The translations under genes were made by a program, and so were the position numbers. 64,000 nt of DNA from Penicillus capitatus (taxonomy: Eukaryota; Plantae; Chlorophyta): assembly GCA_965649825.1 (NCBI GenBank), contig OZ287694.1:1301197-1365196 (forward strand), in the 5' to 3' direction. The notes under the pieces were generated by a model that was not told where the DNA came from, did no database searches, and was given only the letters and a program-made list of their open reading frames with translations. Positions 23,901 to 36,099 of the stretch are shown one piece after another. The stretch's first letter is position 1, and every line of letters begins with the position of its first letter.

Positions 23901-26544
23901 GGATGCCGCCTTGATCGATCTGCCCGGAATCGAGATCGATGCCGACACCGTGAAAAGGTGAGAATCTCTCCCTTGTTTTCTGCCTAGAATCAAACGGTCG
24001 TCGAAGCAGGCTCATTTCTGAACACGGCTGTTCTGTGCTCGGATACGGCCGAGAAGGAAGGAAGAATCTTTTCCATCACGCCGTGATAAGCAAGAAATTC
24101 GACTGTGCGGATCTGCTGCTGGACCTTGCAGCCGAAGAAGGCAAGTCCCTTAGCCTTTGTTGGGAAGACGGTGACCTCTTGGGATGGTCCATCGTCCACA
24201 AGTCAAAGGAGGTTGCTTCTTTTGTGATGGAGGTGCTCGCGGAGAAGCGCACGATTGTGAGCGAGACAGCAGCAATTCTGTCTGTCCACACAGACAAGCT
24301 GTTGGAGGTCTTCCCTCAGCTTTTACGTGACTATCTCGTCGAAGACAAGCTCCTCTACGACTACGGAAGATTTCCTGTCCCTGCGAGCTTGTTAAAGAAT
24401 TGGAAAGAGAAACCTGTTGCCATGGTCACGGATCCCATGGATGATTGGACGGCGACGAACAGTGAAGAGGTCAAGTCGCTCTGGCTAAGCCACTGCAAGG
24501 CTCTGAAGAAGAGCGTCCGAAGAGGGGAAGAAGAGGTGCAGATCATGGCGGTTTCGAAGTTCTTCTGCCTGGAAGACATCGTTTATCGTGGAAAGGGATG
24601 CCTGTTGTCAAATCTGATGAAGAAGGGAGTTTCGGTGGAGATCTTTGGATCCACCTTCGTCAAGTCATTGGTTCAATGGAGGTGGCATTCCTCATTGAGG
24701 AACGCGTTTTTGATTAGCGCAATGCTGCACGTGATTGCTACCATTCTGTTCTCTCTTTGTGTGGTAGAAGTCATCGTTTATGGATATGAACGCAGACCTT
24801 GGATGTATGGAGGAGAGGGTCCTTTTGGGCATTATAGATCGTACAAAAGCTCTTCTCGAGAGCAACGATGTTTTGCCTATATCTACGTTCTCATCATTTT
24901 TTACTTGAACATCTTTGGTATTATTCCACAAATAAGGTAGCCCACTTTTCAGACTCTTCGAGGTCCAGACTGAGGTGTGCGTGTCCGCAGGATTCTCTCG
25001 TTTTATATTGAGCCATTAGTGCTGTTTGAACTGATGTTTTCCAGAAAAGTTCGTCCAGGAAGGGCGGAGGCAATCCTTGCTGCACTGGCGTGCATGTCAT
25101 GCTGGATTTCGGTGAACATAAACTGCACTTTCTTCTGATAAATGCTGACAGTCGTTTTTTAGATCGTGCTCTATCTGCAGCCACTGAGTGCGACAGGCCC
25201 TCTGGTGTCTATGATAAGTCACGTATTCTTAGACATTATGCCTTTCGCCTTGTTGGCAGCATTGACAATCGTCGGATTCGGAATTTCATTCCTGATCCTG
25301 TTCTCTGACTTTTTCAAAGTGGATGACAAGAGTTACTTCAGCGTTCCCTTCAAGTCCTTTGAGACGCTTTTCCATGCATCCTTAGGCCAATTCGATCCGG
25401 AGGTGAGCAGTCTATTGTCTGATCGCTTTTCCATTGTTCGTTTTAGATTCTCGAAGACCCTAACGATTTCTCTCACATCTTCCGTTCTTTATTCTTCGGT
25501 GCATTTCTATTCGTCTGCGGAATTGTCATGTTGAGTTTCCTGGTCGCCATCCTGGGAGACACGTACGACAAGATCAAGTTCATCGAGCGAGCAGAGACCA
25601 TTAAATGCCGAGCGAAGCTGATTGTGGTCGGAAACGGATGGAACGGAATTCCAGGAAAAATCTGGTAGACCATATCTGTCGCTCTATGTCTCGGCAGAAT
25701 GATGTCTCTGTGCACAGGAAAGCCTGTCGCAGAACGTCGTGGAGATCGAGGTTTCCTGATCCAGTCCCGCAACATCCTGCGATCATACGCCATGCTTCTG
25801 GCATTCTCGTCAAGCCACGAAGGAAATGTTTCCACATCCTAGTTCCAGTTGAGCCCATCGACAGCGAGACGGTCGATTCGTGGCAGGGAAAGATTCTTGA
25901 AGTGGTGAAGAAGTTTCGATCTGAACTGAAGAAGAATGAAGAGAGGCTGATCGAACAGATAAGCACGACCCAGAGAGAAGTGGCGGAGTTGAGGAAAGAG
26001 ATAACAAAGCTCGGCGAAAAGCCAAACAGCCAAGCCCGCTGAAACAAGCCAGGAGGACATAAGTGCATTATCTCGTCCAATACATGCGAGATCCGTTAGT
26101 GTGGAATCCAGAAAGACACATTTCTTTCGTAGATCAACGTTGAGGTTCCCTCTTTTGGCAGCGTTCTTTGCTAGATGCACAATAAATGGGGACTGTTTTC
26201 ATGTGTTCTTGGAAGCGTTCTGCGAATGCCGTGCACGACGATGTTCAATATCGTCAGCCTATCGGCAAGAACATTGATAACGGTCTATGCTTACACGTCT
26301 ATATTCATTTACTGACTGATTTCTCAGTCCGTAGAAAACTTCATCTGGGTTTTATTGCATATGCTTCGTCTGTGCCCTGCCTGGGCTAGCGACTTTCACT
26401 GCAACTGCTGCCGGAATGGAGGTAGTATAGAACTCGATGTGCGACGATCGTTGCTTGTTCTTGGCAGAAACTGTCATCATAGATGCAAAACCACAGCATG
26501 CAACTGTTCTCTGGAAGAGTCTATCACACGACGCGCGTGATGTA
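20990..26544. repeat. Third copy, block 1: direct repeat of ~43080..48960
   Basis: The WD40-TRP gene and downstream intergenic DNA align with the right arm in the same orientation. Confidence 0.92.
21100..26042 (+). CDS. WD40-TRP channel fusion, copy A2 (apparently intact)
   Basis: Every exon junction was spliced by hand and stays in frame (e.g. CL S|VWET, VK R|LISEH, IR|ILSFY, WIS|IVLYLQP, DPE|ILEDP, KLIV|NDVSVH). TRP motifs as in A1. Confidence 0.87.
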
Positions 26545-26751
26545 GACGCACTGACGACGAATCCAGGCACAGTCACGTCGCTGTCCATTCCGTTTCTGGT
26601 GGCGGCGATCGGCGCTTTGATCTTCATTCCCGGAGACAACCTCGTCGAAGCCATTCTTCGGTACGGAGTGGCTGGATTTCTGGGAACTGGATTTCTGGTG
26701 TTCTTCGCCGGTGGATTCGTTCTTGCCTCACTGCAGGCAGAAGAGGAATGA
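26545..26751 (+). pseudogene. 5'-truncated DUF1118 fragment at the deletion junction, forming chimeric ORF 26437..26751
   Basis: From GACGCACTGACGACG onward it matches 52856..53062. Upstream it matches the intergenic 48880-48960. Confidence 0.85.
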
Positions 26752-27547
26752 GAGACGACAGAGATCACTCACCGAATGCTCGGACGTCGTTGATTGGCTT
26801 CGATCCATTGGCAGCCCTTTCAGATTCTTTATTGTTTTTTGATGATTGTAGAGTGCGACAGTACTCCTGTGTAAGGTACATTCAGGCCCCGTTGATGATC
26901 GTCCCTGCGATATTGCGAAGATTCATGAAGGATACAGTGATAATGAAAGCCAAGAAACGACGGATGATTAAGAGGAGCAGCATGATGTTGCCGAATAGAA
27001 AACAGTGACGGTACAGAATCGCGGCCGGTTGCCAGCGGCATCGTAACGAGGCAGCAGAGTGATCGAATAGATTAGGACCACCGTCTAAATCAGAACACTC
27101 TAACAATCGATTACATGAGAGGCAACCAGTAAGACTCCTTTGATGTCAGTGGGTTACATTTCTTGTCATCTTATGGCCGAACAGAATCTACCGGATGCAA
27201 AACAGTCTTCGATTCTGCCGCATCTGATGTTATTCGCATCATTTGTCATGTGAAAGCCTTTCTTCAAGACAATCTGGAATAAGAACAGAGATCGGACAGA
27301 CTTTGGGTCTGTTGCGTAGAATTGGAAAAAATAGCATAAAGACAGATGTCTGCAGACTTCAAGGTCGTCAAAAAAAGAGTTAACCTCCAAGCAAAGAACA
27401 GAATCCGAAACACACTTTATGTGTTTCCCAGGATATCAAACTGCACAGCAGTTTCATGTTTGGCCCCGATCAATCTTCTGTAGAATGCAAGAAAGCGTTT
27501 TCGATTTTTGTTTGCATTTGTTGTTTTTGTCTTTCATTGCGGCGTTG

Positions 27548-29875
27548 TTAGGCTGCTAAACTGTCCACTGAGGCTTGTGTGCGTCGACTAGCGGCCTGGG
27601 TCTCCTTTTTCAGTTCTCTCTTGAGGCTCTTTTCGATCTCACGGATGTTTTCCTCCCACAAATCGCTTTGCTCTCTTCCTGTTCTTTCGACGGGGACCAA
27701 ATAGTGAAAGTACTTGCCACTGGATCGCTGACGGATCTTGTTTCTGTAAAGACAGGATCTGAAGAATGGTGCTATCGATGACATCCGTCTGAAGATTGCT
27801 CTCCATCCAAAGCAGCCACTGTCCAAAAGAAACGATGTGAACACAGCGGAGGCATTTGGCGATGCTAACCGGTGCTCGTCTTCTGACGTGATGTTGCGAT
27901 GAATGATGGAAGACACAACATCGCCTGCTATAGCGGCACGATGCCTGGCCGCCCTAGCCGTTTTGTTGATCTTAGAACGATCGCAGGCACCACCAACAAT
28001 TACAAGCAAAAGATTCATCAGAAGAACGGCGCCGAGAAACGCAAAGAAATTATAGGCAAACGCTTTCCATACGTTAACCCACCCTGCCGTCAAACTGATT
28101 TCCTTCATTGCAAGCCACATGTTATCGAACAAAGAGATCTTCGCCAAATAGCCACTGTCCCCGAAAAAGGAGCGGGACAAGCCTCCCGAGCCATGAGAGC
28201 AGGTATAAAAAATGTATTTGCAATCGCCATCATCTTTCGATTTGCAGAGATCGTGAAGATTGCCGACCTCGATGCCCATCGAAAGTCCAATAATTGCGAC
28301 AATGCAATTAAAGTCAAGGTCAAGGATGAAACTCGCCACGAATCCTGAGGAAAATCCGAGAGCTATTTGATTGCAACAACTGACAAGGTTAAAGGCGAAA
28401 ACGAACAAACGATTGAGCATTGACACGAATGGTCTACGACGATCAATTTGTGGGCGCCATCCCACCCCCTAGAAATAAAACACACAAACATTTCATGCAA
28501 ACCAAGTGACACGGTGTGCAATGATGCTCACTGTAATCGAGTAAAAAATGCACTCGATAGACATCATGATGGCGACGAATCCCGCGTAGTCTGGTGATCT
28601 CGTATAACAGACGATGAGATACAACAGAATTGCGACGCTTGGATGGCTAACCATTTAGCACCACAACAACCAATGCATTCAAGCTTCCCTTATGTTTGTT
28701 GGCTTACTAAATCCATGAGCGTCTTGTGACACGTTCAAATAAGTCAACTGTCAGCATAAAGAACAGATAGCTCGTGGTAAACATCCTCACTGATGGTGGT
28801 GGATCATCTTTGTCTTGCAACCCTCTAGGAATCCAAACAAAACCGAAATAGAATCCACCAGCAATGGCCTCCAATGCAATTAACAATCCAAAGAGCCTGT
28901 GGAATGAGTTAGCGACCCAGGTGGTGAAGGCTTGCAAGGCTTCGGAATTGACGACTCTCATCGGAATACGTCGTTGGCTTAGAAGTAAGCCAAGGAAGTG
29001 ATATCGGACGCGGCGCTCATTTGGACCAACAGTGTCATCAGACCAGCTTTGACGGACAGAGTGCTGATTGACACAGAGGAACTTGGCAACGGCTTCGACC
29101 TGAACACCCGACGTCTCATCAAACGCCGTTCGATGTTCTTCGCAGTTCTTTGACCAGAACTCCTTCACTGCTGCACTGTCCAGCGACGTCCAGTCTGTTA
29201 GTTTTTCGTCCGTTGTCATTCCGACTAGACCTTCAGGATTGTCGAACAGAGTAGCAGGCACCATCACTCTGCCATACTCGAAAGAGAAGGCGTCTCTTTT
29301 CAAGTAATCGAGCATGAGATTGGGGAATGTCTGTGTCAGTGGGAGCAAGTAGTTCGTCAGAATGTTGCAGGATTCGTCCACTGTGAACTGTTTGGCCGCA
29401 ACGCGATCGAGAACGAACTTTGCGACGAGCATAGAGTCTTGTGCTGTCCCATGGTCTAATGTGACACACTCTCCGATATGGATCGAGACGAATGCATTGC
29501 ACTCTCTGGCTTGTTCCAGCAAAATCTCTGCGCAGTCGAAATGGCGGTTCAGGATAGCTTCGCAGATTAGAGGAATTCCATTGTCTGTCAAAGAATAGAT
29601 CACTTTCCTCCCATGGGTGGAAATCAGCCTGCACACATAGATATTAACACTTGTGTCACGGCTTCTGTATCTTACTCTTTCGCAGCCTCCTCAGACCACG
29701 ATCGAATAGGGATACGCTTATTGTCGATTGTTATACTAGATTGAATATCATCACCCTCGTCTGAAAATAATAATAGAGTGGGGATGCGTTTCGGAGTCGG
29801 TCATGCTACAGGACCTGTGAGTGGACAGTACAGTGAACTGTCTCGTTTGCTGTGCATTCTGCTGCTTGAACTCAT
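27548..29875 (-). pseudogene. TRP-like channel subtype D, copy D1, with a 1-nt deletion near the start
   Basis: The rest of the frame is intact (FSFEYGRV, AYNFFAFLGAVLLMNLLLVIV, KYFHYLVP). GGTCC-TGTAGCATGA versus GGTCCCTATAGCGCGA in D2 creates a stop at about codon 25. Confidence 0.65.
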
Positions 29876-30364
29876 TGTCGTCTGATAGCCAAAGGGGTCT
29901 ACGAAAAGCGAGAGTGGCACTGTATTAACAGACGTTCACTGTCGGTTGTGCGACACTTGAGAACGTAGAGCCGGCGGCTCGTCGTCGGAGACAGAAGCAG
30001 AAAAACTTCGTCGCACGTCTTGCCAAACAGTCTTAAGAGGGAATACTCAAGCAACAACCCTCGCCGAATAAGTACGAAATGTTGTTGCTGCAGTTCAATA
30101 GAACTTCTCGCCTTCTTGTCCAAATTCGCCATTTATCATCGATCACGAGAAGCTCTTCTGTGCCATTTGTAGCGCGTGCACACGCGGACATTCGCCGCAA
30201 CTCCATTACATCGTATTACGCCGTAGCTGTCCCATCATCGTACGCGTCGTCCGTTTGAGGCATTGCGGGGTACCAGCCGACGTCGGCTAAGTCTGTTGAA
30301 GGTCGCGTTGCTGTCGTCGTCTGTACGTCTTTGATCGAACGTTCTGCTGTCCTCCCCAAAACGA

Positions 30365-31515
30365 ATGTCTGTGTCTCTTCGTTTTTCGCGCCGCACGCGC
30401 AGTACTCCTCTAGCTGGTGCCATTCTTCCGATTTCGCCTCAACTGTTCAACGACGTCGTCTGTCACGGTCTTAGCTACAACGTCGACGTCGACCCCGAAA
30501 CCTTCTCCGAGCTCAAACGCCTCAACGACACATCCCTTCTCTTCTTCCTCGTTGACTCCGAGCAGGATGGCGATGTCCTGCGCGGTCTCTTTCGACTCGA
30601 CTCGCGTCCAGAACTGGACGTCCGTTCCAGTGGCGATGGCTGCTTCGCGACAGTATCCTCAATTTCGTCTCAATCTCGGCGACATGTACGGATCACAGGT
30701 TCGCGTTGTTCGCCTGGAGACGTTGATGGATCTGCCAATTGCCACACTGCGTTGCTCGAGGCCAGACGTCTTTTCATCCGAGAAGACGTGCTTCAGCGAT
30801 TTGGAAGAGGAGCAGGTCCAGACGATCTTGTGCGCCATGCGATCGATGGGATCTGCACAGCGACGATCGAACCCACCGCGAATCGCGGACGAACTGACGA
30901 CCGATGCGGGAAGTCTGTCCAAAATGAGGAATGCCCATCAGATGGAGCCGCCATTCAATGCGGATATTCTCTCAATGGCACGCATCCGAGGAAGAGGAAG
31001 GCAGATAGATGATATCTATCCTCGGTGTCCGATACCAACACAGCCAGAGACATGGAGCGAGTCCCCGGTGAAGGCCGACGTCGATGTCCAGACAACGGAG
31101 GATCCGAGATTGGTGGAGCTGCGCTCACGCAACGCTGTGTTGCAGAAAGAGAACGCAGAACTGAAATCGCAGCTCAGACAAAAGGAGACCAAATTCGAAT
31201 CTATGAAGACGGAAACAGAGAAGATACGTCGAGCACTTTATCGGCAATTCCGTGCAGACTCCTCCTCGTCGAGAGACGCTTCCAATGAGGAAAAGAGTTG
31301 CCAGACGGATCGAGCTGCGACGCAACACGTGCAACTCCCTTCAACTCCCAGAAAGCGCAGCAGGCGAAGCGTCCAGAATCCTCCCTCCATTGCGTAGAGT
31401 TCTGCCGAAATGTCTCCACGCCCAATGGCACGGCCCACGGAATCGAAGCAACGACAGGCGGCGTCCAACATGGGACAGATCTTGTCGCTCCTTTGCCTCC
31501 CACTCCGACGCAGAG
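30365..31515 (+). pseudogene. Truncated DCD-domain gene (DCD + coiled coil, no Kelch)
   Basis: Copy of the 56664+ gene. TAG at 31395-31397 stands where the paralog has CAG, and homology ends ~31515. Confidence 0.75.
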
Positions 31516-34086
31516 AACTTCGTATTGGGCTGGCAGCACCGTCAATCACAGTATTGAGACGTAAGAAACGTGCGATCTGTGCGAAACGCGAATTTGATAG
31601 ACTGTGCAGAACCTTGTTTAACAATGAGCAATTGTTCGCACATAGCCCCACTTTTATAACTGAGCATGACGTCATAGTCGCATCATGCTTCCCGTCATGT
31701 TTCATCTTCGGTCCGGCTTCTCCCTTCTTGTCCCTCGGAGCCATGACACTACTAACAGCGTTTTGTATGTGAATCTTCAGAACACCTTCGAATGCCGCCT
31801 CTGCCGTTTCACTAGACACAGAAAACACCAATCACACACCTGTGGTCGAAGACATCAATATTACTAGGTATAGTAGTGGACACTGCCGCCGTTTTCTGTA
31901 GTATCGCAAAAGCTTTCTAGGTTTAATTTGGCCGGTACGTCATAAGCATGCTCGGCAAATCTTGTAAGACTGTAGGCAGCCTTGGTAATGGAGAGCTCCG
32001 GTTTCTGCCCATCGGAGTCCTCTTTGGGCAAAAACCACGAATAGCCGTCCTTGATTATTCGTTTGAAGAAACGAACAATCGCTAGTGAGTTGGACTCCAT
32101 AGGTTCTTGTCGACAGCAAAGTCGCTATGACGCTTGCAGCGTATCGCTTCGAGGCACCACACTAGGCCTTCGGAAAATGCGCTTCAGAATAGAGCGTCTA
32201 GCTTTGGCAAATTCGTCGGACTGAACGGCCGAGAAACTCCAGAGGGCACGCAGGGAAACAGACGACTGGACTTGAATCAAAGCGCATGGTCTGTTCCTTT
32301 ATAGATTTAAGAATAGCTTCCAGGTTCTCGAGTTGGTCTGCCTCGTTTCTAGGCCGCATACGGCAGAAGCTCAACGTTCTCAGTTTCACAGCACGGCATT
32401 AGGACCGCATACGCTCAGTCATGCTGCGAATAAACGTCAACGTCATGTTCACGTCCATCAGCACCACAGGACGCACCAAGTCGACCTCGAAAAAACTAAA
32501 CACGTTAACCCGGGGACTATCGAAGCGTCACTGGTGCTGTCTCGTCATGAGAAGAGAAGCCACATAAAGATTTCTCGCCTTAGAACTCCCTAGAACCCAT
32601 GAGGCACATCCATTGCTAACAGATGACTAATAATTAGAAATAGAACCTGTCTAACATGTATGGGTCTAAAACCAGAAAGGGACACCCCTTTCGCATCCAA
32701 TCTCCAGAAGAACTCAATTGTCAAACACAGGATAGAGACACTGTCTTGCTCTAGAGCAGAACATAATTTGCTGTGGAATGGCGGCCGTCCCATACAGAAG
32801 GAAGCACTTCGTAGAGAAGATACCCTTAAAGACTGACTGCATCAAGACAAGGACGAATGGCACAGCACCTCTGTCTGTCGGCAGATGACGCATCGAGGGT
32901 ATGGGCCTACTCCTCGCAGGCGCTTGTACGGGAACAGGACAGACAGCCGCCTGAGGACTTCTACGAGCTCTATTCATCCCTCCTGGAATCTCGACATCTG
33001 TCCTTTACATATTCCCAATCTGCATGACTTTCTCTTCCATCCAGTCCTTCGCACGATCGGCGCGCATCCCAAGACGACAAGATAGCCCATCAGATGCACA
33101 ACAGACACTGCGTAGAAATCGAGTGACTCGACGAAAGTAGCTTAGCCGAACGGCAAGACGGAGAGAGTTCACTGTCTTCATCTCGGTCGGACGAGAACGA
33201 TCAAAAAATTTGGCCACGGACCTCGTAGAACGCATCAGTGTTCTCGGGCGCTGAAATCCCTCCATTGCGTACAGACTCAAACACCAATCTCCTCTACCTA
33301 TCACGACGAGTTGGAAAGACACTCTGTGAGACTAGGTCGAGCTGTGATCGTGCTGTCGGAGTCTGTGCCGCTCGAAAGCAGTCGTTTCCTAACGCCCTTC
33401 TGCGCGTTTGAGTTTTTCCAGGTGATCGGCACCTGGCAATTCATCTACAACGATCTATCTCGTTACATCAACAGTTGAACAGGTTGGACATTTGGGTATC
33501 AAGCTACAACTAGGTAGAAATGAACGGACAACGGGCTCATGCATTGCGGTGCTGTCTACGTAGTCGTAGCGGGCTCTTCTCTGTGAAGCCGTCCAGATAC
33601 CCATTCTGGGAAATTGTAGAACTTATCAACGCGAGAAAACAATATACATAGATCGTGATCTTCATCAAAAGAATACCCAACGCACCCTGTGACGAAGAAT
33701 CGTCTAGAATCGAGGGCAGTTGAAACTTACTCTTATTGTTGATGCACGCGTCGCAGCAAACAGAATATTCAGAAGCAGGAGATTCCTTTAGTCTAGAACC
33801 ACCCAATCTTGTGAACCTAACTGTTTCACAGTAGCTTCGAGCACTTGCTCCCTGGATCAACAGTCTGCGCATTCAGTGTTTGAAGGTTGCGTGGCTTACT
33901 CCCATGACGACGAGGACAGTCAAGAAAACCGCTAAGATCTTCATGATAGGAATCTACGACGGACGACGCTTCCGAAAAGTCAAGCGACACAAGACAAACG
34001 CACGACGAACAAAACACCGGAGTTCTCTGACCCTTATATACCCATTAAGTGCTATTTCGGACGGCACTGAATCGTTTGATCGCGAA

Positions 34087-34295
34087 ACCGAGAAACGTTT
34101 TCAGACAGCACGACTGTTTTGATCGTAGTTTCGTCAGACAGCACTGATTCAACTGATCGCAGAATCTGATTTCGACGGCATGCGATCTCGACCGAGAAAC
34201 GTTTTCAGACAGCACGACTGTTTTGATCGTAGTTTCGTCAGACAGCACTGATTCAACTGATTGCAGTATCTGATTCGACGGCATGCATGCGATCG
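34087..34295. repeat. Two-copy 104-bp tandem repeat with internal sub-repeats
   Basis: ACCGAGAAACGTTTTCAGACAGCACGACTGTTTTGATCGTAGTTTCGTCAGACAGCACTGATTCAACTGAT starts at both 34087 and 34191. Confidence 0.95.
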
Positions 34296-36099
34296 CACGA
34301 GCTTAGCTGTCACATCTATGAAGAACTCCCTTCGGCAGCCTGACCTCTGCCTCCCTCACGATGTCCTCTGCATGGACACGTATCTCTCCCTCGCCGTTCT
34401 GGCCAGAGAGACGCGAAGGAGGGCGTTGGCGCCTGAGATGGTAGTCGAGCTTCTCCGCATCATCACGGAGCGCACAGCGAGCCAGCTGAAGTTCCCACTT
34501 TTCGCTGAGGTACTTCGTTTCCTCTTCCGCGAATTTCTCCTCTCTGTCAACAAAGCACCGCCGTCAGCGCTGCCCATACAATTGCGCGGTTCCTGACTTT
34601 TGAATGTGTTCGAAGTTTCTTGTGACGAGGGAGACGCCGGTTAAGTTGCGCTCGGCTTCCCTCTTCTTCACAGCTGCGTCCCAAGAAAGGAGCTCCTTAT
34701 TGAAGCTACGGACAGGCAAGCACACTGTCGACGGACTCTTTGGACAGACGACGCGCACTTCATGAGTTCTTGACGGTAAGCGACAGCGTCGGATCCCACA
34801 CGCAGTTTCTGCAGCCGGCGCGGAGTCAACAAGGGCCACCAACAGAGGAAAGGCTCACCGTCGTGTGGAGTGCATTGCCCAATCGTCGGAGAGCCATTTC
34901 CGGAAACGCGATCGCCAAAGAAATTACAAATAAGCGAACTGCCGGTTGTGACAATACAATTGTGCGCTATGTAGCAGAGGACGAAAACCGCCGCTGCCTG
35001 AACACGTCCCGTCCGTTTTGCACGCGTTCCCCTTTTCCTAGAGGAAAACGTATGTCATCGGCTTCAACACAGCGAAACGAAACATTCGAAGATGATCTTC
35101 CAAGATAAATGTGTTCTACCATAGGTGATCCATGCTTGACAGAAGAGGGTCACCAGCAGCTATGAAATGCCGTTGTACTAGATTTGCGACATCTTCGGAT
35201 TCGTCGTTGGTGACTCCTCGCTTCCGTCCCACAATCCATCGACAAGAAGAGGAATGCTGAATGAGGTAGTACTCTGCTAATCGAACTCATCTTCTGACAT
35301 ACCCTGTAGAACATGCCGCGATGTAGAACTGCAATCTATTGTGAAGACGTCATTCGCCGTGACGACGCAGTGCTTATCAAAAGACGAGGCAAGGAATCTA
35401 TAAAGGGGTTACAAATCTGGAGAGAATGACATTTCCTGCGGTTTCCATTATCAGATAATCCATTAAGGTGAGGAAATGAGTCCTTCCTTTTACTGGGCCA
35501 TTAAAAGCAAACGTCAGTGCGGATACTTTGAATGAACTTAAGAGTAATTAGACTTGTAGCGTTTCTTTCACTGATATGTCATGCACCTACGACAGGGTGG
35601 TTTCGGAGCAAGAGTAAGTAATTCTTGTGTTTGTGTGTATCTCACAGATCGTCCGTTAAAATGAGCTGAGACATGGATTAAGACAACACAAATGACACGT
35701 TGACGTCCGCATCAACGTCCATGCCTCTCTACTGGCATTGGTTCTGCAGAAAACAGGCGCATGAAATCTTCCTTGTCCCACTTGAGGCTTCCTCCTCCAC
35801 TCGAGGGTCCAACACCAGAACTGAAATGTTGCGTTGGGAAAGACCATGCGTATCTGCAGTGGTCGCAAAGACAGGCAAATCGACAGTCATACGTTGGTTA
35901 AGAGATTTATGATGCTCTTCTGCGTTCCAAAGTACTTACTTGTAGACAAAGCAATAGATGAGTTTATGGTAAGCCTTTCAAATTTGTTGACTGAAAAACG
36001 TTTGATTGAGCCAACAAAAAGTTCGTACGTTTTATTAGTTGTCGTTTGCAAGTCCTTGGGTGCACATACTTCCACGACATCTTAAGCTTCGAAGAGAGG

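Larger units (their letters stand above)
26545..31515. repeat. Third copy, block 2: direct repeat of ~52856..57800
   Basis: DUF1118 3' end, intergenic DNA, TRP-D and the DCD 5' half align co-linearly. Homology is lost after ~31515. Confidence 0.92.

Noticed and set aside
34087-34295. CRISPR array
   Set aside because: It has only two long units with no unique spacers, in a eukaryotic context.
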